Source: Sphagnum compactum
Lineage: Eukaryota
Direction of reading: 5' to 3'
Assembly: GCA_965153455.1 (NCBI GenBank)
Contig: OZ234493.1
Coordinates: forward strand, 3,100,001-3,164,000
DNA length: 64,000 bases
Under the pieces are notes generated by a model. It saw only the letters and a program-made list of their open reading frames with translations. It searched no databases and was not told where the DNA came from. Positions 38,473-52,178 of the stretch are shown here, piece by piece (the stretch's first letter is position 1; each line of letters starts with the position of its first letter). The translations under genes were made by a program, and so were the position numbers.

Positions 38473-41176
38473 CTCTCTCGCTCTCTGTGTGTATAGTTCC
38501 CATTTTGATGAACACTTTGTGAAAATAGATGCATCAAAAGTCTGAATTGATTTTTCTTTTACACTCCGCAATTCCTCCTTCAAGTGACAAATCTCTCTCG
38601 CTAGAGTATTTGAGTAGAGTAGGCTAGCTAGCTGTTTGAAGCAGGCCGGGAAGAGGAAGAAGATCTGCAAGAGTTTTTTATACACAAAGCTCAGAGACAC
38701 AAGGCAAACACCCACAAAACAACAAAACCAACACTTACCAAGAAAGAAGAAAGCACCCTATACTGCAGGAAGAGAGCGCGACAACAGTGCAACACACCGA
38801 AAATCACTCCCAAGGCCCACTCAACATAACCTCATCTTTCTTTACCGCAGCAGCAGCAGCAGCAGTCAGGGGAACTACACTCAGACAAGAAACAAACAAA
38901 TGAAACGCCTTCTTGTTCTTGTTGTTTGCTGTTCTTCTTCAACAAGAGCAACTGCTACTCACAGAGCTGCTACTGAACACAAATTGCGGGGACACTACAA
39001 CTGAGACCCAAGTTGTGAACTTCCTTTTGTTGCAAGTCGGAATACAGATACAAAATGTAGAGATCGTTGGGAGGGAGAGCAGCGAGCGGTGCAGCGGCGA
39101 GAGAAAAGGAAGGCGCAAAGAGCGTCGACTCTTGTGCTTGTGTGCGCGCGAGAAGCGAGAGGGGGGCGGGGGACGCGGGGAGGAAGACTGCCCGCCTTGT
39201 TCTGCCCGAACTGCCCGAAACTAATGGGGCAAAACAGTGAAGATCTGGGCAGACCCCGACACAAATGATCGGGCAGACCCAAACACGAATTGTCGGGCAG
39301 AAAGAAGGAGGGGGGGGGGGGGGGCGACACACTAATTATAATTATTTTTGGCTAGAAATGTTAAAACATTTAATTGGAAAAAAAATAGTTTTTCAAAGAA
39401 AAAACCCTATACCCTAAAAAAACCCTATTTAAAAAAACACACGGTTTTTCAAGCCACTCAAATGCATCCGTGACAAGGAATGAATGAATGTCGGTTTCGG
39501 TTTCGCACATTCGATCGATGCCATTGGCACATGCACATGCTACCGATTGTCATTCCTACATGCTGTTCCCTCGAAGCAACTGACCGGAACCAAGCCCCAC
39601 GTATCACCACCGGATCCACCTTTGAACCCACCCCCTTTATTTATTTTTTAAAAAAAACCATGAACGGAAGTCCCAGAGCTCTCCAACAAAATAAAATTTA
39701 CAAAAAAATTATTTTTCCAACAAGAAATCTTCAAATTTAATTAATTAATTAATTCATTCATTCATGGACTAACATGTGTTTGAATGGCTCACTCGTGACA
39801 ACGTAAATCCCGATCCTTGTAACCACCGCCTCTCAAGCCCATACCACAAGGGAGGGAGGGCGGGCGGGGCAGGCTCACTCGCTTGCTTGGAAGCATGGCA
39901 CACACCGTGGGCCACATCCATTGGTTCTTTCACAAAAAAATATAGCAATGTGTGGAAAAGTAACAGGAAAAATTCATTTAAAAGTGACGGAAACTCCCCT
40001 TGAACGGTAAGGTTTTCCCTTTGAGGACCACCCCGATTTGGGGGCCAAGAATTTTTATTATGCCATTGGGATGGCCAAAATGTGACCCCCGTTTTTAAAA
40101 AGCTTCAACAAAAACAAAACACCACTTTTGATGTGTAGTTTAGAATAACACGGGCCGACTTGTACGCCCTTTCTTTTACGCCCTTTAATATACACTACTA
40201 TATGGCACAAGTAGTGTACCCCGCGCCTCTCTTCAAGGTGGGCTCGCTCGCTCGCATTGCAAGGTGGAGCATCTTCGCAATGCTATTTTATTGTTGGCAC
40301 ATTGTGGATCCTAATAAGAGATGCTCTCGGCTCCGTGCGTGCTCGGGTGCTTAACTTTGGACTTTTATGACATAAATATCCTAGTGGTGTGTCCACCCTA
40401 CTACTACGTATAGGGCCAAATATGAAAAATTGTTTTTCCGAACATAAGGTGCACATGAAAAAGTCATGTTTGGTGGTCCTAGTATTTGTCCGTCTAGGAA
40501 AACACGGTCCTACTCGTATAAAATATATGTGAGAGAAAAAAAAGGCCGTCCACATGTGATTTTCTTTGATAAATTTTTTTTAGGACAATTGTGCTTTTTT
40601 CTAGTGCAAATTGGAATTTCTTTTTTTTGGGGAAAATAAATTTTTATATCAAAAAATTGGGTTGGTCTAGTAGTCTTAAAGTCCTAATTTTTTTTTATAA
40701 AAATATTTAGTGTAATGAAAAAGGTTTGCAATATTTTCAACTAACTTTAACATCTAAGAAAATTGAAAGGAAAATATTGTTACTAAATAAATAAATAATA
40801 AATAGGAAATTGGGCCTAAATATTTTTAATATAATTAAGTACAAAAAAGGGTTTTTTATTCACTCCACAGCCCCTCCTGCCCATCTGAAACTCGGGCACT
40901 TTACCCGTTCGCAAAAGAAGGAAAACATAAAAATAAAGTGAAACCGTCAGAAAATTTTAATTAAGGGCAGCCAACAGTGACCGAAACCATTTTTATTTTT
41001 TATTTTTTAAATTTTTGGGTGGGGCAGGGGGTGGGTCTGAGATAAACAACCAGTACCAACTTAGTAGGTTACTAGTTACTACTCTAGCTTACTAGTAGGT
41101 AGGCAAATACAACAACCTAAATTTTGTTTTTAAAAAAAAATCCCTTTTAAAAAATATTTGTGAACTTTATTCCCTC

Positions 41177-41291
41177 ACCGACCACGTGGCGCCCCTCTGG
41201 CGGTTTACCCTGACAATACGTGGCATAGTACTTAGGCACCGTTGCTTTCGCCACGTGACAACCAGCCTCGTCCCCCCCATTCTGCCACGTG
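41177..41291. promoter_or_regulatory. Cluster of four ABRE/G-box motifs plus a DRE core
   Basis: ACCGAC at 41177, CCACGTGGC at 41182, TACGTGGC at 41217, GCCACGTG at 41250 and 41284. Confidence 0.5.
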
Positions 41292-44200
41292 CCGGACCCA
41301 GTATCCGAGGTCTCCAAAAAAGAACCCCACTAAGTGGGCCTGGGCCCGGTTAGAGAAAATAATAAATAAAATATATTATTAATACTAAAAACTTACAATG
41401 AAGAGGTGACCGCTGACCACCGCCCCTTCCCGCCCCGGCCCCAAATTCCTGCCCCCCCCGAAAAAAAAAAAAAAAGAGAGTAGAGAGGAGATAAATTTGA
41501 GGCAGTTTTTGTTTTGGACAAAAAAAAATCGTTTTTGCTTTTAAAAAATTGGGAAATGTTTTTTTTGGAATCAAAATTTCTTTTTATTTTAAATTTTTGC
41601 CAAATATTCTATATCCCAAAATTGAGAGAAAAACCGGAGAAATTTGAGGAGGAAAATAGAATTTTTTTGAGAAATATTAAAAAAGAAGTCACATAACCAT
41701 TAAAGATTTTTGTGGGGGAAAAAAATGAAATCCTAGGCTATATTATTAATTGGAATAGGGTTAAACATGCTAACGGGAATTTGTTTTTCAAATAAATAAC
41801 AAAGAAAACCAAAAGGAATTTTTTTTCAATATTACATTCAAGCAAGGAAAAATAAATAAACTTCAAAATAAATAAGAAAGAAAACCTAAAAAGGAATTTC
41901 AATACTAAATACAAAGTAGCAAACCCCACCCCCCCCCTCTCCCTCTCCCTCTCTCTCTCTCCTTACCCACCACCACACACCATCTCTATGAACAATGATT
42001 TTGTACCTTTTACTCTTATAATATGGGAAATCATAGAATATGGATATCTACGGGCCCGGGGCAAATGTATGTAGTACTATGAGCAATGTTTTGATGTTCA
42101 AATATATTATTCCACTCTTTCTTGTCTTATGGTGGGGAGGTAGGGACATACATACATACGAGTGTCCCATTTAAACTTGAAAGTTAAGCAACTTGAGCTT
42201 CAAAAGGGGGTGTGTTATGTGTGTGGCAAAGAGAGTGCGTATTTGTTATATAACATACACCCTCTAAATCGCGCCATCAAAAGGGGTGCGTGTTGAAAAG
42301 GGGATGTGTATTTCATAATACCCATATATCCCTAAAACCCTAATCAAATGGGCCTCGGGAGGTGTTATGTGTGTTGAAAAGGGCATGTTGAATCTTATTA
42401 TGTATATAATAACAAACAACCCTAGATGTATGTGATGGATTAACAAAGATCATCTTCCCACTTACATGATGAGATAGGCCATGAGTTTAACTTGAGGGGC
42501 TTGCTTGATGTAATTAGAGTTTAGGAGATTCTACAATGATTTTTGGATACTATCTATATATATATATATATATAAAATGTTTGCTATGATATGTGTAGGG
42601 TAAATTATTTTTGTTTTTTCTTTGGAAAGGAAATGAAGTTATACCATACGGGCTTTTTGTATTATCATGACCTCGAGACTTCATCATATCATACCATGAT
42701 GCAAAACATGCATCATATGAGGTATATACTATCATACAACAGCCTTGCATCAATCCTATATACGGTGATACCCAAATCCTCTAAAAGGAACCAAAATCCT
42801 TCAAGATATTATAACTCTTATAACTAATCTCAAGTTTCAACACAAGCCAAAATACCATCCTTCAAAAATCCTCATATCAAAATAAATAGACTTATTATTA
42901 TTATTATTACCTAGGGGCCTATAAAAATCCCTTAAGCTACTATACTCTATAATGAATCTAAACACAATATCCTTCTTGCCTTGGTAGGCTAGGCCAATAA
43001 AACCTCATGAATAGGTACACACACTAGTTGATGTACATAGGGGAAAAAAAAGGAAAAAAAATTTAAAAATTAAAACACTTATGTATGTGTATCCCTGAAA
43101 AAATTACCTATGTGAAAAGTTTAAATTTTAATAAATCAAATATATATTAGTACAAAGAAAAAGAAATGGGAAAGACAAAAGGAAAGAGGGCATAAGTGTT
43201 ATTGGAAAATGTGCACAAGTAAGTGTCAATGGAAAATCTTAATTCATGCCCCCAACATACAATATGTTGGCAATGGGAATGGAAAGTGGGTTTCCATATG
43301 GGGCAAGTGGGTTTGGCCACTTCTAAACTATATGGAAAGTGGGGAGGAGTTGGTAAACCTTCTTACATACCAAAAGCTTTGTTAACCAACAACAACTAAG
43401 GTAGAAGCACCTAGAATTGCCATAATAATAAGGATAGTGAGTAAATTAGACTTTAATTTTCTTTCTAACACTTATTTTTCCCTTGAAGACAAAACAATTT
43501 GAAACTCAACCCAAGTTGAAGTTAGTTTTTTGAAAATTAATTAATGAATTTTTGAAAAAAATATCTAAAGCACTTCTAAATGGTGAGTAGGCTCTTTTTG
43601 AATGGTGAGCATAATATTTCAAATTTTAATGTGGTCCAATAATGAATCTCAAAAGAAGGTTTTTTATATGTTAAAACAAGTTCCTAAAATCAAAATCACA
43701 TGTGATCAAATTGAAACAAGGTTTTTTTTTTTTTTTTTTTAAGGTGATTTTGTTTCCAAAAAAAGAGAAATTTGTGACATATTATTTCATTAAAATCGTG
43801 TTGCCTTTAGACAATTTGTCACCACAAAAAAAAGTGAAATTTGTCACATAATATTTCATTTTCAGAAAATTGGGTTGTCTTTAGACAATTTGTCACCACA
43901 AAAAAAAAAGTGAGAAGGGAGGGGAGGCAACCTTTAAGAACTTGGATATTTTTAATCTATTTACAAAGGCACCCTAAACAAAAGAGATTGTGATTTTAAA
44001 TTACACTTTAACAAGTCATCTTGAACATATGGATCTTATTTTTAAAATCACAATGGTGACCATATTGTGTGACTTTTCTCATTCGTACAATCTTGCACTC
44101 CCAAAAAAAATTGAATAGTTATATGGGGGCAATAGTAAGGTGTGGTTTAAAGTAAAATAATGATATTAGGTGCTTCTTCTACCTTACTCCATAAGCCGGC

Positions 44201-45187
44201 AACATGCTAGCATCAAAAGGCCAAAGTGAATCCGCACATTATGCGCAATGGATGGTGTGTGGACAAGAAACACTTTTTTCATTTCATTCTTGTCCCATAG
44301 CTAACCATGGTGGTTAATTGTGTACTAACTAGTATTCACATGCATGCATTTAAAGCAACTTCACCCATATTGCATATTTTTAAACTTACATTTTTATTTC
44401 TCACATCCACTATTACTTATTTATATATCCCAAGACTCACCCATAAACTTGAAAGTGAGACTTAAAAGAATGGATGACCACTAATAACAAAGCAAATGGA
44501 TGAATCAAATAATTTGGCCAATCGGGGATGATGTTACTTAATGGTGGTCACCTAATCGGGTTATCCTTAAAGTCACCCTCTGTTTCACCCCCTATCTCCT
44601 CTGCTTTCGGCCCCTGTCCCCTCTTTCGGTGGTATTCGCAAAGTAAGGAAATTTGATTAAATATGGTTTCGAGAGTACTTATAGTAGTTGTACAGGTAGG
44701 AGCAGTGAAAATATATGTAGCAGCCAGTGCAGGTGCTTAGGAAAAAGGAACTGCAGGATGAAACTTAGTTTACCACCAAAATTGGTGGAAAAACTAGTTT
44801 GGGTCCCAGTTATTTCCTTTTCTAAAATTTTCGTTCCCAGTTATGCGTTTGATGCCCTATTATGCCGAAACTGCCCGTTCTCACCCCCTAATCGCCTGAC
44901 TTTACGGACAACTCTAATGCGTTCTATTACCTAAGCACATTAAAAAACCATTTACATTTTCTGCTTAATTACCTGTGACACTTACTTACATAGGTAGTTA
45001 GTTACTTGGGTAGCATTTCAGAGGTGGGAGGGTTTACAAAATAGGTTACCAAGGTAACTTGGTCATGGGTCATCCACCATCAAGCCCTATGGATGGTGCA
45101 CCGATGGGTACTGCATGAAATAGTCTGAAGCAAACAAGTTGAGAAATGCCTATGTATAGTAACAACACGGGCACCAAGGACCCAACC

Positions 45188-45332
45188 GGTGTTGATATGA
45201 GGCTAACACAATACCAGCCTTATACGAGCATGATAGGGACTTGAGGTAATACAAACCTTCTGTAGCAAGGACCCAACGAGTGTTGATATGAGGCTGAGAC
45301 GATACCAGCCTTATACGAGCATGATAGGGACG
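45188..45332. repeat. Short direct repeat (2 copies)
   Basis: GTGTTGATATGAGGCT...ATACCAGCCTTATACGAGCATGATAGGGAC occurs twice. Confidence 0.8.
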
Positions 45333-45825
45333 ATAGGTAATACCAACCTTATGTACCAATCTCAATATCACACATATACTTGCTTCATATACCAGCCAAA
45401 AATCAGCCTTGAACCCAACTTCACAAGGATGGAGAAATTAAGCTTTCAAAAGTACCCACAATGAGTACGACTCAGCCTCAACCCAGGTACGAACGAAAGA
45501 AAGAGAGAAAATGAAGATGCGATTACCACCACCAGGACCACCAGGCTGGTATGTTCAGAAGAAGTTCGGTATACACGGGACCGAAACTGACTGACTGACT
45601 GACTGACTGCCGACCAACAATTAGTTTGATATAAATTTGTATCATTTCTCATGATTTTTTCTCAACTTGCCGTATATATATGATCGCTGGGGCACATACA
45701 TTATGTGATGAGTTGAGTTGCTTGTTTGATTTGCGTAGTAGTAACGATCTGATGGACTGCCTTCTAGGCATCATCATGTGCACATATCACTACCATCATG
45801 TGCACATATCATCACTACTACCCCC

Positions 45826-45856
<31 letters not shown>

Positions 45857-47373
45857 GCTGTTGAGGTGTTCGCAGTGCACACCCCTCTTTTGATGATGAG
45901 AATGTTTTTTGGAGTTTAGTTGATTTGGGTGGGTTTTTTTTTTCGAAAAATTGAGAGTGATCTGAGCATTTGGGCTTTTATTGGTGAGTTATTGCCATTC
46001 GGGGGAACACGATCGATGGTTCGGCTTTCTTCCATACTGACAAGCATATAATATACTCCCAGTCTCTCAGCCACTGGCTATGTAACAACAAGAATCGGGC
46101 ACAAAGATACATACGGACGGATTAATATGCCACGGAATATGCACAAATGACAAAAGTGGGAACCCAAGATTCCGATCAATATGCCACGGAATGCACAAAT
46201 AACAAAGCTAGTTCCAGACTAAACTCACCGTTTCCGGTTGTCTTATATTAGTTCCGTCTCTCCCCACTCCCCCCTCCGTCCGTCCCTATATGAGCCAAAC
46301 TTGTACTCGTCAGACTTCCACTTGTAGTAGTTGCGGAAAAAAAAAAAAATTGTTTCAAAAGTCTGCTGATGCGGGTATCTTTTGCCTTGCCGGATGATGA
46401 TGATGCTTCCGGTGGTTTTCCGAATCATCGTGGCAGGCGGCCCAGGCTTTCTTCAATTTTGAAGCGCACAGTCGAACTTTGCCCGGCCAAGTCTTTTTAA
46501 CAACTGGAAGTGCGGGAATCCATTGCTTTTGGCGTTTCAGAACCCCCCACGTGGGTGAAGAAGCCTCAACTTGGAAGCGCATAAAAGGTTGCCTTTTTTT
46601 TTTCCGTTCACTTCTTATTAGCTCAACTTGAAAGCCAAATAAGGTTTGCCTTATTTTATTTGGGGAGGGGGGGCGGTCGGGTCTTTGGGTAATTCCTTTT
46701 TTTTTAATAAGTGCATTTTGGACATCTACACTTCAAGACCTTTCCAATGATATGAAGAACGACGAGATGTTTTGATCCTTGCAATCGAGTTCTAAATTTT
46801 GGGGAGTAGACCATTTTTTTTACTACCTATACAATATACCCGTAAAGAAGGAACTGTGAATTTCTTTTGATAATGTTTATATAACGTGGATGATTTCCGA
46901 GCGGAAAAAGGCAGAGTACCTTTGGAATCTGAGAAGGTACCGGCCTAAACCCTAATACATTTTGAGGTTTTTTTAAAGGCATTTCTATTATTTTATATAT
47001 TTCTGAGGTTTTTTTTAAAAAAAAATTAATTCTAATTTCTTTACAAAAGAAAAGGGTCCCTAAATATATATGTATTAGTTATGCATTAGAAGGTTCTTTT
47101 CTCTTTAGACCCTCCTTTATTTTAGTTCCTTTTGGATTGAAGAATTTGTTCGGCAATGAATGTCATCCAACAGCTCCTCCTCCTCCTCCTCCATAGCTCA
47201 TTCAAATTTGCAGCCATCAATCAAAAGCAAACTGAAGAAAGGATGTATGAAAAATATATATATCTAAAATAAAAAATAAAAAATTGCAGATTCTAGAACT
47301 AAAATAAAGCCCCCAAAAACACTTGACTAAGGGGGGGGGGGAAAAAGGAAAAAAAAAAAAAGAGAGAGAGAAA

Positions 47374-47700
47374 ATATGTCAGATAATGGTCAATTTTCTT
47401 CCAAGTTGCCAATTATGTCAGATAATGGCCAATTACTTTTTCCCAAGTGCCAATTATGTCAGAAAATGGCCAATTTGCTCCCAAGTGCCAATTATGTCAC
47501 ATAATGGCCAATCTTCTTCCCAAGTGTCAATTATGTCACATAATGGCCAATTTTCTCCCAAGTGCCAATTATGTTGTATAATGGCCAATTTTCTTCCAAG
47601 TGTCAATTATGTCACATAATGGCCAATTTTCTTCCAAGTGCCAATGATGTCAGATAATGGCCAATTTTCTTCCAAGTGCCAATTATGTCAGATAATGGCT
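47374..47700. repeat. ~37-38 bp minisatellite, about 8-9 units
   Basis: CCAAGTGCCAATTATGTCA(G/C)ATAATGGCCAATTTTCT(T) repeated. Confidence 0.92.
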
Positions 47701-48526
47701 ATTGGTCAGACCTGTCCCCAGGCCCACTTGCTGCCACTTGGCTGGTTCCTTTCAATGGTCATCATCTTGGCCAGAGTGAACCACTTCCAAGGTTCCACCA
47801 GCCAATCATCCACTGGATGTCCATTTTGACTTGAGTTGTGGATGAACCTTAACCGAGTTTATATCTGGTTTCACCTTGATAACCTAAGAAGTAGTAGGTC
47901 CTATCCACAGGTAAAAGATAGGTAGGAAAATAGGGTGACCACTAGGTAAATAAATGGTTTATACATAGATAAAGGTAGTTTTTACTTCCTACCTACTAAC
48001 AACCCGCAAGCAGGTAAAAAAATTACGGTGAATCATGTTGGATGGATGATTCATGGTTAGGAAACACATTTCCATTGTATTCCTATCCCATGTTTAGGAA
48101 GTACTTTCTTTGAAGTCCTTTCTCTCGAGAGAAGCTTGAACACTGGTTAGCACTCTCTCTAACTAAACTCTTTATCTTTGGTGTCTTCCCAGAGTTGATT
48201 TTCTCAGGTGTAGACATAATGTAGAGGGTGAAGGTTGTTGTTGTTGGCAAGGCTTCCGTTAAGAGCATGTTGAGCAGCCTTGAATTGAACCCTTCTTCAC
48301 ATTTAAAAATACATTTCTTCCTTAGGTACAATGAGTGTGTGTCTAAAGGATTGGGTTCTAATCAAAAACGTGTGATTGACATGTGAGAGAATTAGGTTAA
48401 CATTTGGTCTTTCTTTCTTCATCTTTTTTTTGTCTTTTTTTTCAAAAATTCTCATTACAAACAATAGATGAATGTAGTAGGCACAAGATATTGGTGGCTC
48501 TTGTTTTTACTATGGTTCTGCATTGA

Positions 48527-49560
48527 GTGATTGTACAAGTGATTGCATTGCAACAAATAGCTATTGAACAACATTGGAATATGATGAATGCAATGTTATT
48601 TTTCATGGAGTTTGTTGACATGGCATCAAGAGTTCACAACATGTGGAGGTATGAGAGGGCAATGGGATACATGAAGAATCAATTTTTGAAGAGCTTTTCT
48701 GAAAATATGTTTTGGCAACGAACTAGGTTAAGCTATGACACATTTCGTTCATTGATTAAGGTTGTGAGTACAAATCTTGAGCCAAAAAATACACACATGA
48801 GTGCAAACATCCTCGTTGAAACTAGAGTAGCAATGGTTATTGCATGACTAGGTAGTGGAAATTCTTTGCAACGGTTTGGAGAGGTCTATGGCATTATAAA
48901 AAATACAGCGGCAATTATAATGAGAAAATTCTATTCAACAATTAAAAAGCATTTGAAACCATCAGTGATCCTTAAAAACAAGATCAAAGAAATCATTGTT
49001 GATTTCAAGACCTTGCATGAAATTCCATACATTCTAGGTGTCATAGATGGTAGTCATATTCCAATTGTTGAACTTAAGGTAGACCTAAAATTATGTTATT
49101 TTTAAAAAGGATTTTACTTCACATCGATACGAAGAATTGTAAATGTAAAATGTAGTTTTTGGGATTATGATTATGGGTGGGCAAAAAGTATCCATGATTG
49201 GGTTTTTTTCCAAAAAACATATGTAAGAAGCCGTGTGATAAAAGACAAATTTTTACCTTATAAGTTGATAGGAAATGTCGCTTATCCAATATAGCCATGG
49301 TTTTATTCTCCCTTCAAAGGTGAAAAAGATGGATTACCAAGATACAAAACACATTGGAATTTTATATAATCTAATACAAGGATGTCAATGCAAAGAGCTT
49401 TTGGAATGTTGAAAGGTAGATTCAAAATTCAATTAAAAATAATAAACATTTCATTATGCCACATGCTAGACTTGGTCATGGTTTGCATATGTTTGCACAA
49501 CATGTGCATTGTTAACTCAGACGGCTTTGACTATGTTTTGTAAGCTCAAAGAAATGCACA
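48527..49560 (+). pseudogene. PIF/Harbinger DDE transposase relic
   Basis: FWQRTRLSYDTF, ETRVAMVIA*LGSG, LGVIDGSHIPI, YKLIGNVAYP, QRAFGMLKGRF, CICLHNMC. Has stops and frameshifts. Confidence 0.9.
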
Positions 49561-50220
49561 AATTGAAACAAATACAACATTTGGGGACTTGAAAGGAGTT
49601 GATATTTTCAAGGTGGTTGAAGAAGCAATCAAACAAATGAAGAGGTTACAAAATTCAAGGATGGTGGATGAAGATGATAGAAATGACATGGAGGACATGG
49701 AAGACATGGGACATTAAGGTGAAGATGAAGATCATGTGTTAACAACCATGGAAAAATCCAACATGAAAGCAAAAGAAGTAAAAACCAAAAAAATGTTGAT
49801 AGAAGCTATGGCAATTCATAAGACTTTAACATAAAAACTTCCTTAAATCCAATTTGAGAAGAAAAAAAAACCAACATGCCTTCCCAAATACATTCAATTT
49901 TGGGTCACATTGTAATGAATGATTCATAGGTTCACATTTTATATAACCTACGATTTATTTATGAAACTTCCAATTTAGGCATCTATGTTTTTGAGTAAAG
50001 CATTGGTTTCAAAAAATCATTATAACATTGTTGTATTATTTTCAGTCATGGTTGAAAAATGTTCATACACATTTAAAAAAATTGTTTTGTTTTTTAACTT
50101 CATTCAAGGTGAAAGGTTTTTCCATTAGCTCCTTACTACTTTCATCTTTTGAAACACTATCAAAATCTACTTAGGGGTTTTAAACTACCAACAATTTCTT
50201 CAATTTCATTAACAAAAACG

Positions 50221-52178
50221 TTCACATGTTTCATCACATTTCCACTTTAATGTCACCAATTATCCAATGCATCATAAAAGGACATTCATGATGATCATTA
50301 CTTAAAATTTCATTTACGGTCTTGTCAGTTTTGTGTTTTTTGTAAATTGCATTAAACTTCCCCTTGTAAATAATTGGAGTCCTCAAAACTTTAAGGATGG
50401 AAACCAACATTCAACTGTAGAGTTTCAACCATGTATCCACCCTTTAAAAAAAACCAACTAGGGTTAAAAGCCATAAAAAACAAGTTAAAAACAATCCCTA
50501 AAATTAAAAAATCACAATGTAATTTATGGATAAAAGAAATGGAAGCCATGTCAAATCATTTGAAATAAAGATGACTTGGTGGTTAGTTTTTTTCCCTTCC
50601 CCAAAAAAATGAGGGTTCAATCCCCATAATAGCTAAATTGAATAAGGGCAAATGGGGGGAAAGGGGGGACAAGGGCAAAAGGCAAAGATAAGGCCTTTTA
50701 AAGGCCCAATTGGCCCAATCTAAATTTGATTTAATTTGCAAAAAACATTTTTTACTTGTTGCAAATTTTAGACCTAAAATCAAATCAAACACAAATAGGA
50801 TTTCAAAGGTTGAAAAAAAATTCCAAAATGAAGACAAATTTTACCTTTTTTTTTGCATTTTGGTAAATTCAAAATTCATTTATCCTCTTAGAGGAATGAA
50901 ATGTAATACTTGTTAAAGCAAACTAGTGAAATCCCAAGTTTTTTATACTTAAAATGAAATAAGAGGTAATGCCTTGGCTTATACAAATCGATATTGTAAA
51001 CATGCGGCCAAATATATATATAATTTTCCTCTTGTTCTAAGTGCATTGATAAACATTTCAATTCTATAACATTGAATGACAAATAGTCACAAAAAGTTTA
51101 TAAAACCGGTAATACAAATAGACTACAAGTTTTTATCATGTAAAAGCTTCAAACTTGTCAACATATAAGTTCAAAAAAGGAAATACCATAGCAGACAATT
51201 TTAAATTCAAAACACAATGCAAAAAACAAGTGAAAAAGATTATTTCAAGAATACTCTCCCAAATCTCCAACATCAAAATCCTAGAATTACAATAATTGAT
51301 GATACATTTTCCACTCCTTAAGTTTCCCCATATAAAAGCTTTAAAGGGGTCAGAAATGGTGGAAATCTTGAAAAGTTAAAGGAATCCCAAAAATCTGTCT
51401 AAAACTCATAATAAATCCTATTTAAAAATCCTTATTTAAAGTTAGTCTAATCAGCTAACATTTTGGTTTAAAAATATACACCTTGAAAATTGGTAATTTT
51501 TTTTCGGTAATGATCTTTGATAGTAATTTTTGGTAGTAAATCCAATGATTTTTGGTATTGATTTTTAGTAATAGTTTCCGATAATGATTTCCGATAACAA
51601 ATTTCAATAATGATTTTAAATAGTAGTTTTTGATAGTGATTTGCAATAACAATTTCCAATTTGATTTTCAGTAGTAGTTTCTGGTAGTGATTTCCAATAG
51701 TGATTTCCAGTAGCAATTTCCAATAATGATTTTTGGTAGTAGTTTCCAGTAATGATTTTCAGTAGCAATTTTTAGTTAATGATTTTTGGTAGCAATTTCT
51801 AGTAAGTTTTTCTACCTCCAACAATACTTCACAATCCACCTAATTTTTTAGCTTTTCACCTTCTTCATATTTGTTTTTCACTACAACAACCTTCTTCTTT
51901 GGTGTTTTTATCTTCAGAATGAGAACTAATTTAAGGATCTTTTGTAAATCCAAATCCCCTCCCACTTGTGAAAATTGGTGTTTCAATCTTCCACTTTCTA
52001 CCCCGCCTTTAGATTCACCTCCATTTTGTGCACTTGGAAGGGTTGAAAATGCACTCCTTTTAGTAACCACCTTGTGACGATTCACAAAACCAACCATGTC
52101 AACTTTATAATTGGTCAAAAATGGGGGTTCATTGGTGTGCTTTCAACAATGTCATCAATCCATAACATGTCTTCCATT
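50221..52178 (-). pseudogene. Harbinger-associated Myb/SANT-like protein relic, convergent with the transposase and interrupted by an insertion
   Basis: 5' part ...KKKVVVVKNKYEEGEKLKN*VDCEVLL (~51820-51900). 3' part VDTWLKLYS*ML...YKGKFNAIYKKHKTDK...HECPF/YDALDNW*H (50221-50440). Confidence 0.65.
51495..51805. repeat. ~13 bp degenerate tandem repeat within the insertion
   Basis: Units such as GTAATGATTTT(C/T), GTAGTGATTTCCA and GTAGCAATTTC. Confidence 0.8.

Noticed and set aside
45700-45968. Possible box C/D snoRNAs (TGATGA...CTGA)
   Set aside because: No terminal stems or recognisable rRNA-complementary guide, and such motifs arise by chance.
46943-46956. CCTAAACCCTAA as a telomerase RNA template
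   Set aside because: It is followed almost immediately by T runs, with no upstream USE or pseudoknot seen. A telo-box is more likely.
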